Shown piece by piece: positions 39,784-48,680 of a DNA stretch of 64,000 nucleotides. Location: NCBI GenBank assembly GCA_043825875.1, contig JBDRRF010000079.1, positions 96,001 to 160,000 of the forward strand. Direction: 5' to 3'. Each line of letters begins with the position of its first letter. Position 1 is the stretch's first letter. Below the pieces are notes generated by a model. The model worked only from the letters and a program-made list of their open reading frames with translations, made no database searches and was not told where the DNA came from. Source of the DNA: Pseudomonadota bacterium (GTDB lineage Bacteria; Desulfobacterota; Desulfobacteria; Desulfobacterales; RPRI01). The translations under genes and the position numbers were made by a program.

Positions 39784-40758
39784 TTACAATAATATGAGAT
39801 CTATTCTTCCAAAAGCTATCATTATGCCACATAAAAACAAAAGAGCCAATATTGAAGACAAAACCATAAGCTTGCAGGATTTTTTAATGTGAATCCATTG
39901 AGCTTCTCCAAAGTCTACACCTATATATGGTTTTGATATGAGTTGCCCTCCGTAGTAATTCGGCCCTCCGAGTTTTACCAAAAGAGCGCCGGCAAATGCA
40001 GCTTCAGAATATCCAGAATTAGGACTTGAATGATTACGTCCTTCTTTTACGGCTGTTTTAAAAGATGAAATACCTTTTCCGCAAAGCATTTGAGCTGCAC
40101 AAGAAATTATAAAAATTGAGATGCGAGCCGGTATATAATTTGCCACATCATCTATTTTCGCCGATGCTTTCCCGAAATCGATATACTTTTCATTTTTATA
40201 TCCTACCATTGAATCAAGTGTGTTTATCATTTTATAAGAAATTGCAAAAGGCGCTCCTCCAATGGCTGCAAAAAATAACGGAGATATAACACCATCTACA
40301 AGATTTTCCGCAACCGTCTCAACTGTCGCCCTTACTACCCCTTCTTCGGAAAGTTTTTTGGTATCTCTTCCCACTATCATTGAAAGTTTTATTCTTGCTT
40401 CTTCAAGACCTGATTTACTGAAAGCATGCATTACATCTGATGCCGCATCTTTAAGGGAGCGAACCGAAATGCAGTAATATACAAGAATAATTTCTACAAT
40501 AATTCCAAAAACAGGATGAATCAGGTATGATATATACACTATAAGAAAAGTGAGCGAAAACGATGTAAAAATTAAAAAAAGGCAAAACAGCAAACCGCTT
40601 GTAAAAAGCTTTACAGGAAATTTTCTAAATACGGGTTCAAAAAACGAAATGGCTTTGCCAATTACTCTTATTGGATGTGGAAAAGAGGGCGGATCTCCCA
40701 ATATAAGATCTAAAACAAAAGCGCTGGGAAGAATATACCATAAAGGGATAAATTCCAT
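39784..40758 (-). CDS. cbiB: Adenosylcobinamide-phosphate synthase
   Basis: GDPP..PHP, VGRDT, ETVAEN..DG, INTLDSMVGY, SPNSG. Confidence 0.95.
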   Translation of the reverse strand: MEFIPLWYILPSAFVLDLILGDPPSFPHPIRVIGKAISFFEPVFRKFPVKLFTSGLLFCLFLIFTSFSLTFLIVYISYLIHPVFGIIVEIILVYYCISVRSLKDAASDVMHAFSKSGLEEARIKLSMIVGRDTKKLSEEGVVRATVETVAENLVDGVISPLFFAAIGGAPFAISYKMINTLDSMVGYKNEKYIDFGKASAKIDDVANYIPARISIFIISCAAQMLCGKGISSFKTAVKEGRNHSSPNSGYSEAAFAGALLVKLGGPNYYGGQLISKPYIGVDFGEAQWIHIKKSCKLMVLSSILALLFLCGIMIAFGRIDLILL

Positions 40759-40765
40759 TATCAGT

Positions 40766-41857
40766 TTATTTCCCGCCCAAATTTGAAATCATATCTACCA
40801 GCTTTTTTGCTATCAAACGATTTAAAAATGTAGTTTTCATTGAAATCCGTAGGTTTTGATCGGACAGGCCCTTAAAATTTGAACAGTTTCTTATAAGTAT
40901 TTTTTCAGATGACAGGCGCTTGCATATATCTTTAGCAGATAAATTTGTGTCCAGCTTAAATAGAATAAAAGACGTTGAACTCGGAAAAATTTTTACCTCG
41001 GAAATTTTCTCAAACTGTTTTGCAAATCGAATACGTTCTTTCTCAAGAAAATCAACCGTTTTTTCTATAAAATCCTGAGCATTATTTTCAGGACTCATTA
41101 AATAATAAACAGCAGCCTGGGCAATGCTGTTTACATTCCACGGAAGCACATAGGGTAAAAATTTATTTATATTTTCTTTTGAAGCAATCAAAAACCCTAT
41201 TCTCAAGCCCGGTATCTTAAATATTTTGGACATTGAATTTAGTACAATTAAATTATTAAAGTCTGAATTTAGAATACTCTTTTCTTTGCCGCCTCTCGCA
41301 AAAGGCATGTAAGATTCATCTACAATAAAATTTTTCTTGGGAAATGATCTGATAAGAGATTCAAGATCAAGTCGATTAATCAATACTCCAGTAGGATTAT
41401 TAGGATTGCATATAAAAATCGTATCAAAATTTACTATCGTTTTTTTTAACAGGTCTAAATCCGGATAATAATATAAAGATTCATTCAAAATGAAATATTC
41501 GTATTCAACTTTGTTCATTATACACGAATCTTCATAATCGGAATAAGTTGGACCGATAATAAGGACTTTTTTAGAACAAAGAGCTTTTGGAATGTTATAG
41601 ATAAACTGTGTAGTACCGTTTCCGGCAAGAACCCTATCTTTACTTATATTATAGTATTTTGAAAATGCCAGGATAGCCTCGTTTGAATCAACTTCCGGAA
41701 GGGAGGTTATGGAGTTGATATTCTTTTTTAAAAAAGAAACCAATCCGGCAGGTGGCCCCAAAGGATTCACATTGCTGCTCATGTCAATAATTTCAGAAGG
41801 ATTACAGTTAAGCTGTGCCGCAAGTTTATAAATATTTCCACCATGTCCTGTTATCAT
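40766..41857 (-). CDS. cobD: L-threonine-O-3-phosphate decarboxylase
   Basis: HGGN, DMSSNVNPLG, CNPNNPTG, VDESY, SMSK...PGLRIG; true ATG overlaps the cobS stop (ATGA). Confidence 0.92.
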   Translation of the reverse strand: MITGHGGNIYKLAAQLNCNPSEIIDMSSNVNPLGPPAGLVSFLKKNINSITSLPEVDSNEAILAFSKYYNISKDRVLAGNGTTQFIYNIPKALCSKKVLIIGPTYSDYEDSCIMNKVEYEYFILNESLYYYPDLDLLKKTIVNFDTIFICNPNNPTGVLINRLDLESLIRSFPKKNFIVDESYMPFARGGKEKSILNSDFNNLIVLNSMSKIFKIPGLRIGFLIASKENINKFLPYVLPWNVNSIAQAAVYYLMSPENNAQDFIEKTVDFLEKERIRFAKQFEKISEVKIFPSSTSFILFKLDTNLSAKDICKRLSSEKILIRNCSNFKGLSDQNLRISMKTTFLNRLIAKKLVDMISNLGGK

Positions 41858-42582
41858 AAATAGCCCTTTGCAGCAACAAGAAGAAAAAGAAAAGACTCTG
41901 TAATTTCTACCATAGCACCAAGCATATCTCCTGTTATACATCCCATTCGACGTTTATAGTAATACAAAATAACTCCTGTTATGATTATAAATCCGTAAAG
42001 CAATATTACACCTTTTACACCGAGAAAATAACTGAAAACTATAGGAATGATCAAAGTTATAAAATAACATGGTTTAACGGATTCTTTAAAAAAGTCAAAA
42101 GCGGTTCCTCCGTCCGGTCTTCCATAAGGTAAATATTTCATACCGAAAATCATTGTAGATCTTGAATAAATCGGAACAAGGAAAAGGATAAAATTACGGC
42201 TTTCGTTAAGAGATGCGATTGCACCACATTTAACAGCCAGAGCAAATATGATTGTAACAAGCCCCATAGCGCCCATTCTGCTGTCTTTCATAATTAAAAG
42301 TGCTTTCTCTTTGGGCCTGTGACCTAAAAGGCCGTCTGCCATATCTCCAAGGCCATCAATATGCAAAGCTCCTGTTAAAATGGCAAGAAGCATTACATCA
42401 AGAATAGAAACAAGCTGCCCCGGCCACAAATAAAAAGCTATCATGTCAAAGGCTGATACAATAATTCCAATTATAAGACCCACGACCGGGAAGTAGGGTA
42501 TGATTTTATTGGCATCAAATTCAGATGTTTTTCCGGCAGGTAGTATTGTCAGAAACTGTATAGCCGATTTTAAATGCAACAT
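41854..42582 (-). CDS. cobS: Adenosylcobinamide-GDP ribazoletransferase
   Basis: FLTILP, LTGALHIDGLGDMADG, IMKDSRMG, GCITGDMLGA. Confidence 0.95.
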   Translation of the reverse strand: MLHLKSAIQFLTILPAGKTSEFDANKIIPYFPVVGLIIGIIVSAFDMIAFYLWPGQLVSILDVMLLAILTGALHIDGLGDMADGLLGHRPKEKALLIMKDSRMGAMGLVTIIFALAVKCGAIASLNESRNFILFLVPIYSRSTMIFGMKYLPYGRPDGGTAFDFFKESVKPCYFITLIIPIVFSYFLGVKGVILLYGFIIITGVILYYYKRRMGCITGDMLGAMVEITESFLFLLVAAKGYL

Positions 42583-42583
42583 A

Positions 42584-43123
42584 TTATTTACACTTTGTAT
42601 CTTCTTTAATTACAACCGGTATACCTGCAACCATCCATATAACCCAGTTTGCTATTGATGCAATTTTCTGGTTTACAAGGCCTGCTGCATCCCTGAAAAA
42701 TCTTGATAATTCATTATCAGGCACAATACCGCTACCTACTTCATTTGAAACCAGAATAACCGGACAATTTGAATTCTTAAGTGAAGAAACAAGTTTTTGA
42801 ATACTCTCTGATACCTTATCAATATCGGTATGTTGGAGCATAATATTGTTTATCCATAAAGTAAGGCAATCTATAAGAATAATATCTGACTTTGCACTCC
42901 ATTGCGATATCGCTTCGGATAGTAAAACAGGCTCTTCAATCGTATGCCATTTTTTGGATCTTTCTTCTTTATGCCGTCTTATTCTCTCTTTCATTTCTTC
43001 ATCAAAGGGTGTGCATGTCGCAATAAAAATTTTTTTATCGCCTGTAATATTTTCGGCCAGATCAAGGGCATGACGGCTTTTTCCGCTTTTGCAGCCTCCT
43101 GTTAAAAATATAATGTCTTTCAC
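42584..43123 (-). CDS. cobU: Adenosylcobinamide kinase / guanylyltransferase
   Basis: GGCKSGKS, RIRRH, DCLTLW, VSNEVGSG, FRD. Confidence 0.95.
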   Translation of the reverse strand: MKDIIFLTGGCKSGKSRHALDLAENITGDKKIFIATCTPFDEEMKERIRRHKEERSKKWHTIEEPVLLSEAISQWSAKSDIILIDCLTLWINNIMLQHTDIDKVSESIQKLVSSLKNSNCPVILVSNEVGSGIVPDNELSRFFRDAAGLVNQKIASIANWVIWMVAGIPVVIKEDTKCK

Positions 43124-44652
43124 AGATAGTCTCCTTGGGCAATTTTAAATACTGCATCTAAATCTATGTGTTTTTCAAAATGGTCTGCCAGAAGGTCATA
43201 TTCTTTGTCTCTTTCGGCAAAGCCGGTTAAGTTCGAGATCGCAGGCTGGTCAATACCGATTGTTTCAAGCCATTTTTTCACAATCAAGGGAGTATCAAAA
43301 ACACCATGCATATATGTGCCCATTATCTTTTTATTGCTTGATATACATCCATCGAAATCCCGGCAGGCAATATTGTTACGATCCGTTACTTCAAACATAT
43401 ATTCATTGCTTTCATTTATAGTTTGCCCCATATGAATTTCATATCCGGTTCCACTGATTCCATCCCATGAAAACCTGGTAAGCGTTGTAACTTTTGGAGC
43501 TTTCAAGGTGGTTTCTGTCGGCAGAAGCAAAAGGCCTTTACTTGTACCCGGCATCCCTTCAAGGCCATAAGGATCATGTATAGCACGACCCAGCATTTGG
43601 TATCCGCCGCAAATCCCAAGCACGTGTCCGCCCATATCTGCATAAGCTAAAATTTTTTCCGACCAGCCTGTCTCTTCAAGCCATGTAAGATCATAGCGGG
43701 TATTTTTGGAACCTGGAATAATGACTGCTTTGAAATCAGACAAATCGCAAGCTGTTTGAATATAATCCAGCCTTATATTTTTTATACGTGAAAGAGGATC
43801 AAAATCAGTAAAATTGGAAATATGCGGAAGTCTGATTACTGCAACGGCAGGAAGGCCATTATTGTTAGAATTAACTTGTCTCGGACTCTCTATTACTACC
43901 GAATCTTCCGCATCTATCTTTATGTGGTTATACCAGGGAAGAACACCAAATATTTTTTTCCCCGTTTTATTTTCTATCCATTTCTTACCGTCTTCAAAAA
44001 GCCTTAAATCCCCCCTGAACCTGTTTATTATAAATCCTGCTATCTGCTTTCTTTGATCAGAATCAATACATTCAAGAGTTCCAACAAGCTGTGCAAATAT
44101 TCCGCCCCTATGAATGTCTCCTACAAGTATAACCGGCGCTTTGGCATATTTGGCCATACGCAAATTTACAATATCATTAGGCATAAGATTTACTTCCGCA
44201 CAGGAACCTGCACCTTCAATAACTATAAGCTCATAATTATCACGCAGACGATCAAGAGAATCACATGTTTTTTCAAACAGGCTCTCTTTTCTTGTATGGT
44301 ATTCAAATGCAGAAGAGTTTTCAAGTGCTTTACCAAGAAGTACTATCTGTGAGCCGGTTTCTCCGGTTGGTTTTAAAAGAACCGGATTCATATCTACATG
44401 CGGCGGGATTTTTGAAGCCTCAGCCTGAACAATCTGGGCACGACCCATTTCAAGGCCATCCGGGGTAATTCCGGAATTATTCGACATGTTTTGCGCCTTA
44501 AAGGGTGCAACCTTAACACCCTTATTAGCAAAAATACGGCAAAGAGCAGTTACAACAATGCTTTTACCAACATCAGAACCGGTACCTAAAACAGCTATAC
44601 AACGGGCTCTCTTTTGTTTGGGGGAGGAATTATTTATGCTATTATGATTCAC
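43120..44652 (-). CDS. cobQ: Cobyric acid synthase (CbiP/CobQ)
   Basis: GTGSDVGKS, PFKAQNMS, NPVLLKP, ISNFTDF, GICGGYQMLG, GYEIH, GTYMHG. Confidence 0.96.
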   Translation of the reverse strand: MNHNSINNSSPKQKRARCIAVLGTGSDVGKSIVVTALCRIFANKGVKVAPFKAQNMSNNSGITPDGLEMGRAQIVQAEASKIPPHVDMNPVLLKPTGETGSQIVLLGKALENSSAFEYHTRKESLFEKTCDSLDRLRDNYELIVIEGAGSCAEVNLMPNDIVNLRMAKYAKAPVILVGDIHRGGIFAQLVGTLECIDSDQRKQIAGFIINRFRGDLRLFEDGKKWIENKTGKKIFGVLPWYNHIKIDAEDSVVIESPRQVNSNNNGLPAVAVIRLPHISNFTDFDPLSRIKNIRLDYIQTACDLSDFKAVIIPGSKNTRYDLTWLEETGWSEKILAYADMGGHVLGICGGYQMLGRAIHDPYGLEGMPGTSKGLLLLPTETTLKAPKVTTLTRFSWDGISGTGYEIHMGQTINESNEYMFEVTDRNNIACRDFDGCISSNKKIMGTYMHGVFDTPLIVKKWLETIGIDQPAISNLTGFAERDKEYDLLADHFEKHIDLDAVFKIAQGDYL

Positions 44653-44665
44653 ATTTAACCAGCTT

Positions 44666-46072
44666 TTACTGTTTTACCATCCTTTCTTTTTGATATTGAA
44701 GGCAGGAATTAATAAATTCCTTGGCAGCCTCGGGAGTACCGCCTAAATGTAAATTAATGTAGCTTCCAATCGTATGGTTAATAAGAAAGCCCTCAGGAAC
44801 ATTTTTTTGTCCGAATAATCCCGATACACTGTAAATGTTTTCGATATTTACATCAATATCCGATAATTCCGAATAATGAAATTCATACCCTCTTACAGTC
44901 TGCCCACTTTTACCGACCACGGTGTCTCTCTTTAGTTTTATCTCTCTATAACCCACAGTTCTTAAATGGGATAACATCCGCGTACTGAAAGGAAAACAAC
45001 CTGTCATAGGATAAATATTGCCATCGGCATTATAAAGTTCACGGCAAAGATACATAAAACCTCCGCATTCACCGTAAATAGGCATTCCTTCAAGGCTTCT
45101 TTCCCGTACTGCCCGTCTTAATCCGGAATTATTTGAAAGTTGGGCAGCAAACAGCTCGGCATACCCGCCGCAAAAATAAATGCCATCTATGTTTTCAGGC
45201 AAACGGCCATCTTTTAGTGGTGAGAAATATACCAGCTCAGCGCCGGCAGCTTCCAAATTATCAAGATTATCTTTGTAGTAGAAACAAAAAGCATCATCTC
45301 TTGCCATGGCAATTCTTACAACAGGTTTTGTTTTTTCTACAGTTAATGGCATTTCATCGGACGTTGGGTTTCCCAATTTTTTATCAGGCAGGCTTTCCAG
45401 TAATTTATCAATATCGATATTTTTTTCTACTATATTGGCAAGCTTTTTTATATCTTTATCAGATAATCGATTGTCATGAAGTGTTGTTAAACCTAGATGC
45501 CGTTTAGGAATTGCAATTTCCCTGTCGTACAAAACACCCCCCAGACACGGCATTTTCACATTATCTTCCAAAGAGTCTTTCAAATATTGCAGTTGCTTAT
45601 TACTCCCAACCTTATTAAAAATAACACCTGCAAAAGACAAACTGTGATCAAAGTCTTCAAAACCTCGTATGAGCGCAGCAACGCTTCTTGCCATGTTTCC
45701 TGCATCAACAACAAGTATGACAGAAAGCTCCAGCCATTTTGCTATTTGAGCACTAGAACCTGACTCACTTTTTCCGTCATATCCATCGAAGAGGCCCATA
45801 AATCCTTCAACAACAGCAATATCCGCATTTTCGGAATATTTTCTAAAACATCCCAAATTATACGGTTTTGATAACATCCATCCGTCAAGGTTCACACTGT
45901 TCTTGCCTGTAACTCTGAAATGATGTCCCGGATCTACAAAATCAGGACCTACTTTAAAAGGGGCAACATCCAGTCCCCGTTTTTTAAGTGCAGCCAAAAG
46001 CCCAAGAATAACGGTTGTCTTTCCAACTCCACCCTTTGTTCCGGATATAAGTAATCTCTTGATAGCAAACAC
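44666..46072 (-). CDS. cbiA: Cobyrinate a,c-diamide synthase-like protein
   Basis: GVGKTT, PFKVGPDFVDP, EGFMGLFDG, RHLGL, DDAFCFYY, GECGGFMYL; several glutaminase-domain motifs are altered. Confidence 0.85.
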   Translation of the reverse strand: MFAIKRLLISGTKGGVGKTTVILGLLAALKKRGLDVAPFKVGPDFVDPGHHFRVTGKNSVNLDGWMLSKPYNLGCFRKYSENADIAVVEGFMGLFDGYDGKSESGSSAQIAKWLELSVILVVDAGNMARSVAALIRGFEDFDHSLSFAGVIFNKVGSNKQLQYLKDSLEDNVKMPCLGGVLYDREIAIPKRHLGLTTLHDNRLSDKDIKKLANIVEKNIDIDKLLESLPDKKLGNPTSDEMPLTVEKTKPVVRIAMARDDAFCFYYKDNLDNLEAAGAELVYFSPLKDGRLPENIDGIYFCGGYAELFAAQLSNNSGLRRAVRERSLEGMPIYGECGGFMYLCRELYNADGNIYPMTGCFPFSTRMLSHLRTVGYREIKLKRDTVVGKSGQTVRGYEFHYSELSDIDVNIENIYSVSGLFGQKNVPEGFLINHTIGSYINLHLGGTPEAAKEFINSCLQYQKERMVKQ

Positions 46073-46182
46073 CTCCTTAAAAAATAACTCCAGCTATGCA
46101 ACTAATTATTTTTTTAACTTATATAACTTTTTGTGATTAAACAATGTTATTGGTACAAATTCGGATTTATTTTTAATAACCT

Positions 46183-46325
46183 TAGCCGCTTTCAAAAAGT
46201 TTCAGTTTGGTCAAGCTCAAGGCGGGAGAAAATTTCAACCGCAGGAATACATTGAGTATTTCGAGGATTGAAATTTGAGCCCAACGCTTAAGATCGGCCA
46301 AAATGGGACGTTTTGAAACTGGCTC
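46183..46325 (+). mobile_element. MITE family B, copy 5
   Basis: Degenerate left TIR TAGCCGCTTTC; perfect TSD ACCT at 46179-46182 and 46326-46329. Confidence 0.92.
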
Positions 46326-46685
46326 ACCTATGTTGATTGTTACTTATATATTAAAGCCTTGCATAAAGTCCATTATATTTTAAACTTTAATCTTTATAAT
46401 ACCTTTATTCCGGCATAAAAGCAGCTACATTTAACCATCGCATGATAAACAACGAATATAAATTATTGCTTTTATTATATCAAAAAAAATCCCCTAACTT
46501 AAATTATTAGAATCGGGGATAAAATAATTTTTAAAACAACAACTCAAGTGCGCTAACGATGCACTTAAGTTTTTAATAAGATTTAAACATTGATAATCTC
46601 GTAAGAAGTCGGTAAACCCCTGCTTCGCCATACCGGACCCCATCCGGCGTCCAGTATTTTCAGTAGTTTCTGGATACCGGCTTTC

Positions 46686-48435
46686 GAGACTGTGTCATAA
46701 TTAAACATATAATTTGCTCTTTGACAATGAAATAATAGAAAAAACAAAAAAAGCGAAAAAAGTATTTTACATTGTCATATCAATATGATAGGGTCTTTTT
46801 TAAAGGAGAAGTGATATGGCATATAGATATGGCGACCGCTATCAGATGGATTTAATGCCACAGTGCATAGAAGATTATGTAGCCGAAAGCAATCCGGTCA
46901 GAGCATACGATGCTTTTATTGAAGTTTTGGATTTACATCAACTGGGAATTAATATTGACCCGGTTAAAGTAGGAAATTCCGAATACGATCCTAAAAGCAT
47001 GCTAAAGCTTTTGGTTTACGGTTATTCTTATGGAGTAAAGAGTTCTCGAAAGCTGGAGAGGGAATGTCATCACAATATAGCATTTATCTGGCTAATGGGT
47101 GGCTTGAAACCAGACCATAAGACAATAGCTGAATTTCGTCGCCGGAATAAGAAAATACTAAAGGGGGTATTGCGCCAATGCGCTCAGTTGTGCATTAAAC
47201 TGGATTTGATTGCAGGCAACGTTTTATTTGTTGATGGTACCAAGATTAGAGCGAATGCGGGTCGGGATCAGTTTCATGACCAAACCTATTATGAAAAGCT
47301 TTTGATTAGTATCAACGGTCGTATTGAACAATTATTAGCGGATTGTGAAAGTACCGATCAGGCTGAGTCTAACTCTTCCTCTTATATAGCTATGAAAGAG
47401 GAATTATCTAATAAAAGAAACCTGAAAGAAAGAGTCAGGGAAGCCCTTGTTTCATTCGAATCAGATACACGGAAGCGGATTAATAAGACCGATGCCGATT
47501 GTGCTTTGATGCATAGTATCCAAGGCAGTCATGCGAGCTACAATATTCAGAGTGTTGTAGATGACAAACACGGCCTTATTGTTCATGCAGAAGCTGTCCG
47601 CGATGCTAACGAAGCGAAGCAGTTTGCCAAACAGATCAATCAGGCTAATGAGCTGTTGGAGAAACCCTGCCAAGTAGCCTGTGCCGATGCCGGATATTCG
47701 GATGTAACTGAATTAGAAGAGATTGACCAAAAGGATATTAAGGTAATTGTTCCTTCCCAGCGGCAGGCGCTGCACAAGGCGGAAAATCCTTTCGGTAAGA
47801 ATCATTTTGTCTATGATCGAAGTCAGGATTGCTACATATGCCCTGAAGGGCACAGATTACTTTATAGCCACACCGATAAAAAAAAAGGGGGGAGGCTATA
47901 CCGGATGGAGGATAAAAAGTTTTGCCATAGCTGCCAACATAACGGTAAGTGTACTAAATCCGAAAGGGGGCGTAGTGTAATCCGGTTGCGTAATGAGGAA
48001 GTAAAGCTAAAGCTGGAGGCACAATACGAAGAGGAGGAATCTCAAAAGATTTACGCACGACGCAAAACAAGAGTTGAACATCCCTTCGGGCACATTAAAC
48101 GAAATCTCAAAACCGATGCTTTTCATTTACGAGGGATAGATGGAGTTCAGGCCGAAACTTCACTTTTAGGTACCTGTTTCAATCTTGCCAGGATGATTAC
48201 GATCTTTGGTGTTGGTAAGTTGATAGGTAAGCTGATCGGACTAAATATGTTAAAGGTTTGCTACTAAAGATGAACTTACATTGCTACGAGGGCAATTATT
48301 GTCGCAAAGCGTACTAAAAACAACTCAAGAACATCTGATATTTTCTTGGGTTTGAATTTTCGCTACTTTCTAATATTTTTTTGTCAAAGAACGATAGAAT
48401 TTGTATTGAAAAAAATACTATTATGACACAGTCTC
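46686..48435 (+). mobile_element. IS1182-family insertion sequence (1750 bp)
   Basis: Perfect 16-bp TIRs GAGACTGTGTCATAAT; TTC duplicated at 46683-46685 and 48436-48438; single transposase ORF. Confidence 0.93.
46816..48267 (+). CDS. IS1182-family DDE transposase
   Basis: YDP..MLKL..YGY, SSRKLE, PDHKTIAEFR, VDGTKIRANA, ADAGY, CPEG, VEHPFGHIK. Confidence 0.95.
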   Translation: MAYRYGDRYQMDLMPQCIEDYVAESNPVRAYDAFIEVLDLHQLGINIDPVKVGNSEYDPKSMLKLLVYGYSYGVKSSRKLERECHHNIAFIWLMGGLKPDHKTIAEFRRRNKKILKGVLRQCAQLCIKLDLIAGNVLFVDGTKIRANAGRDQFHDQTYYEKLLISINGRIEQLLADCESTDQAESNSSSYIAMKEELSNKRNLKERVREALVSFESDTRKRINKTDADCALMHSIQGSHASYNIQSVVDDKHGLIVHAEAVRDANEAKQFAKQINQANELLEKPCQVACADAGYSDVTELEEIDQKDIKVIVPSQRQALHKAENPFGKNHFVYDRSQDCYICPEGHRLLYSHTDKKKGGRLYRMEDKKFCHSCQHNGKCTKSERGRSVIRLRNEEVKLKLEAQYEEEESQKIYARRKTRVEHPFGHIKRNLKTDAFHLRGIDGVQAETSLLGTCFNLARMITIFGVGKLIGKLIGLNMLKVCY

Positions 48436-48680
48436 TTCGCCGGTATGAGGGTTTGGGAACTTTTTACAAATTAATCAAACATTGCTATAACATTTGATAT
48501 TTAAAGAGATGATAATAATAAATCAATACATATTTAGCAAAAATAAAGGATAGAGAATTTAAAAGCTTTTTTTGTTTGAAAATTAAAAATTGGTTTCCCC
48601 ATATCATACCAGTCATTTTATATTATCAACTTTAAAATTTATCAAAATAATATACTGATTCAAGTTGTAATTGTTCCAGG

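Larger units (their letters stand above)
46591..48477. mobile_element. Small TIR element (about 134 bp before IS insertion) carrying a REP-like hairpin, split by the IS
   Basis: Imperfect TIRs TGATAATCTCGTAAGAAGT / ACTTTTTACAAATTAATCA; direct repeat AACAT at 46586-46590 and 48478-48482. Confidence 0.6.

Noticed and set aside
46073..46590. Cobalamin riboswitch upstream of the cob operon
   Set aside because: The region is AT-rich plus a MITE and no B12-box or core motifs were recognised; an Rfam scan would be needed to exclude it fully.
47878..47892. A9-G6 run in the transposase as a programmed frameshift site
   Set aside because: The ORF is continuous through it and the downstream motifs are in the same frame.
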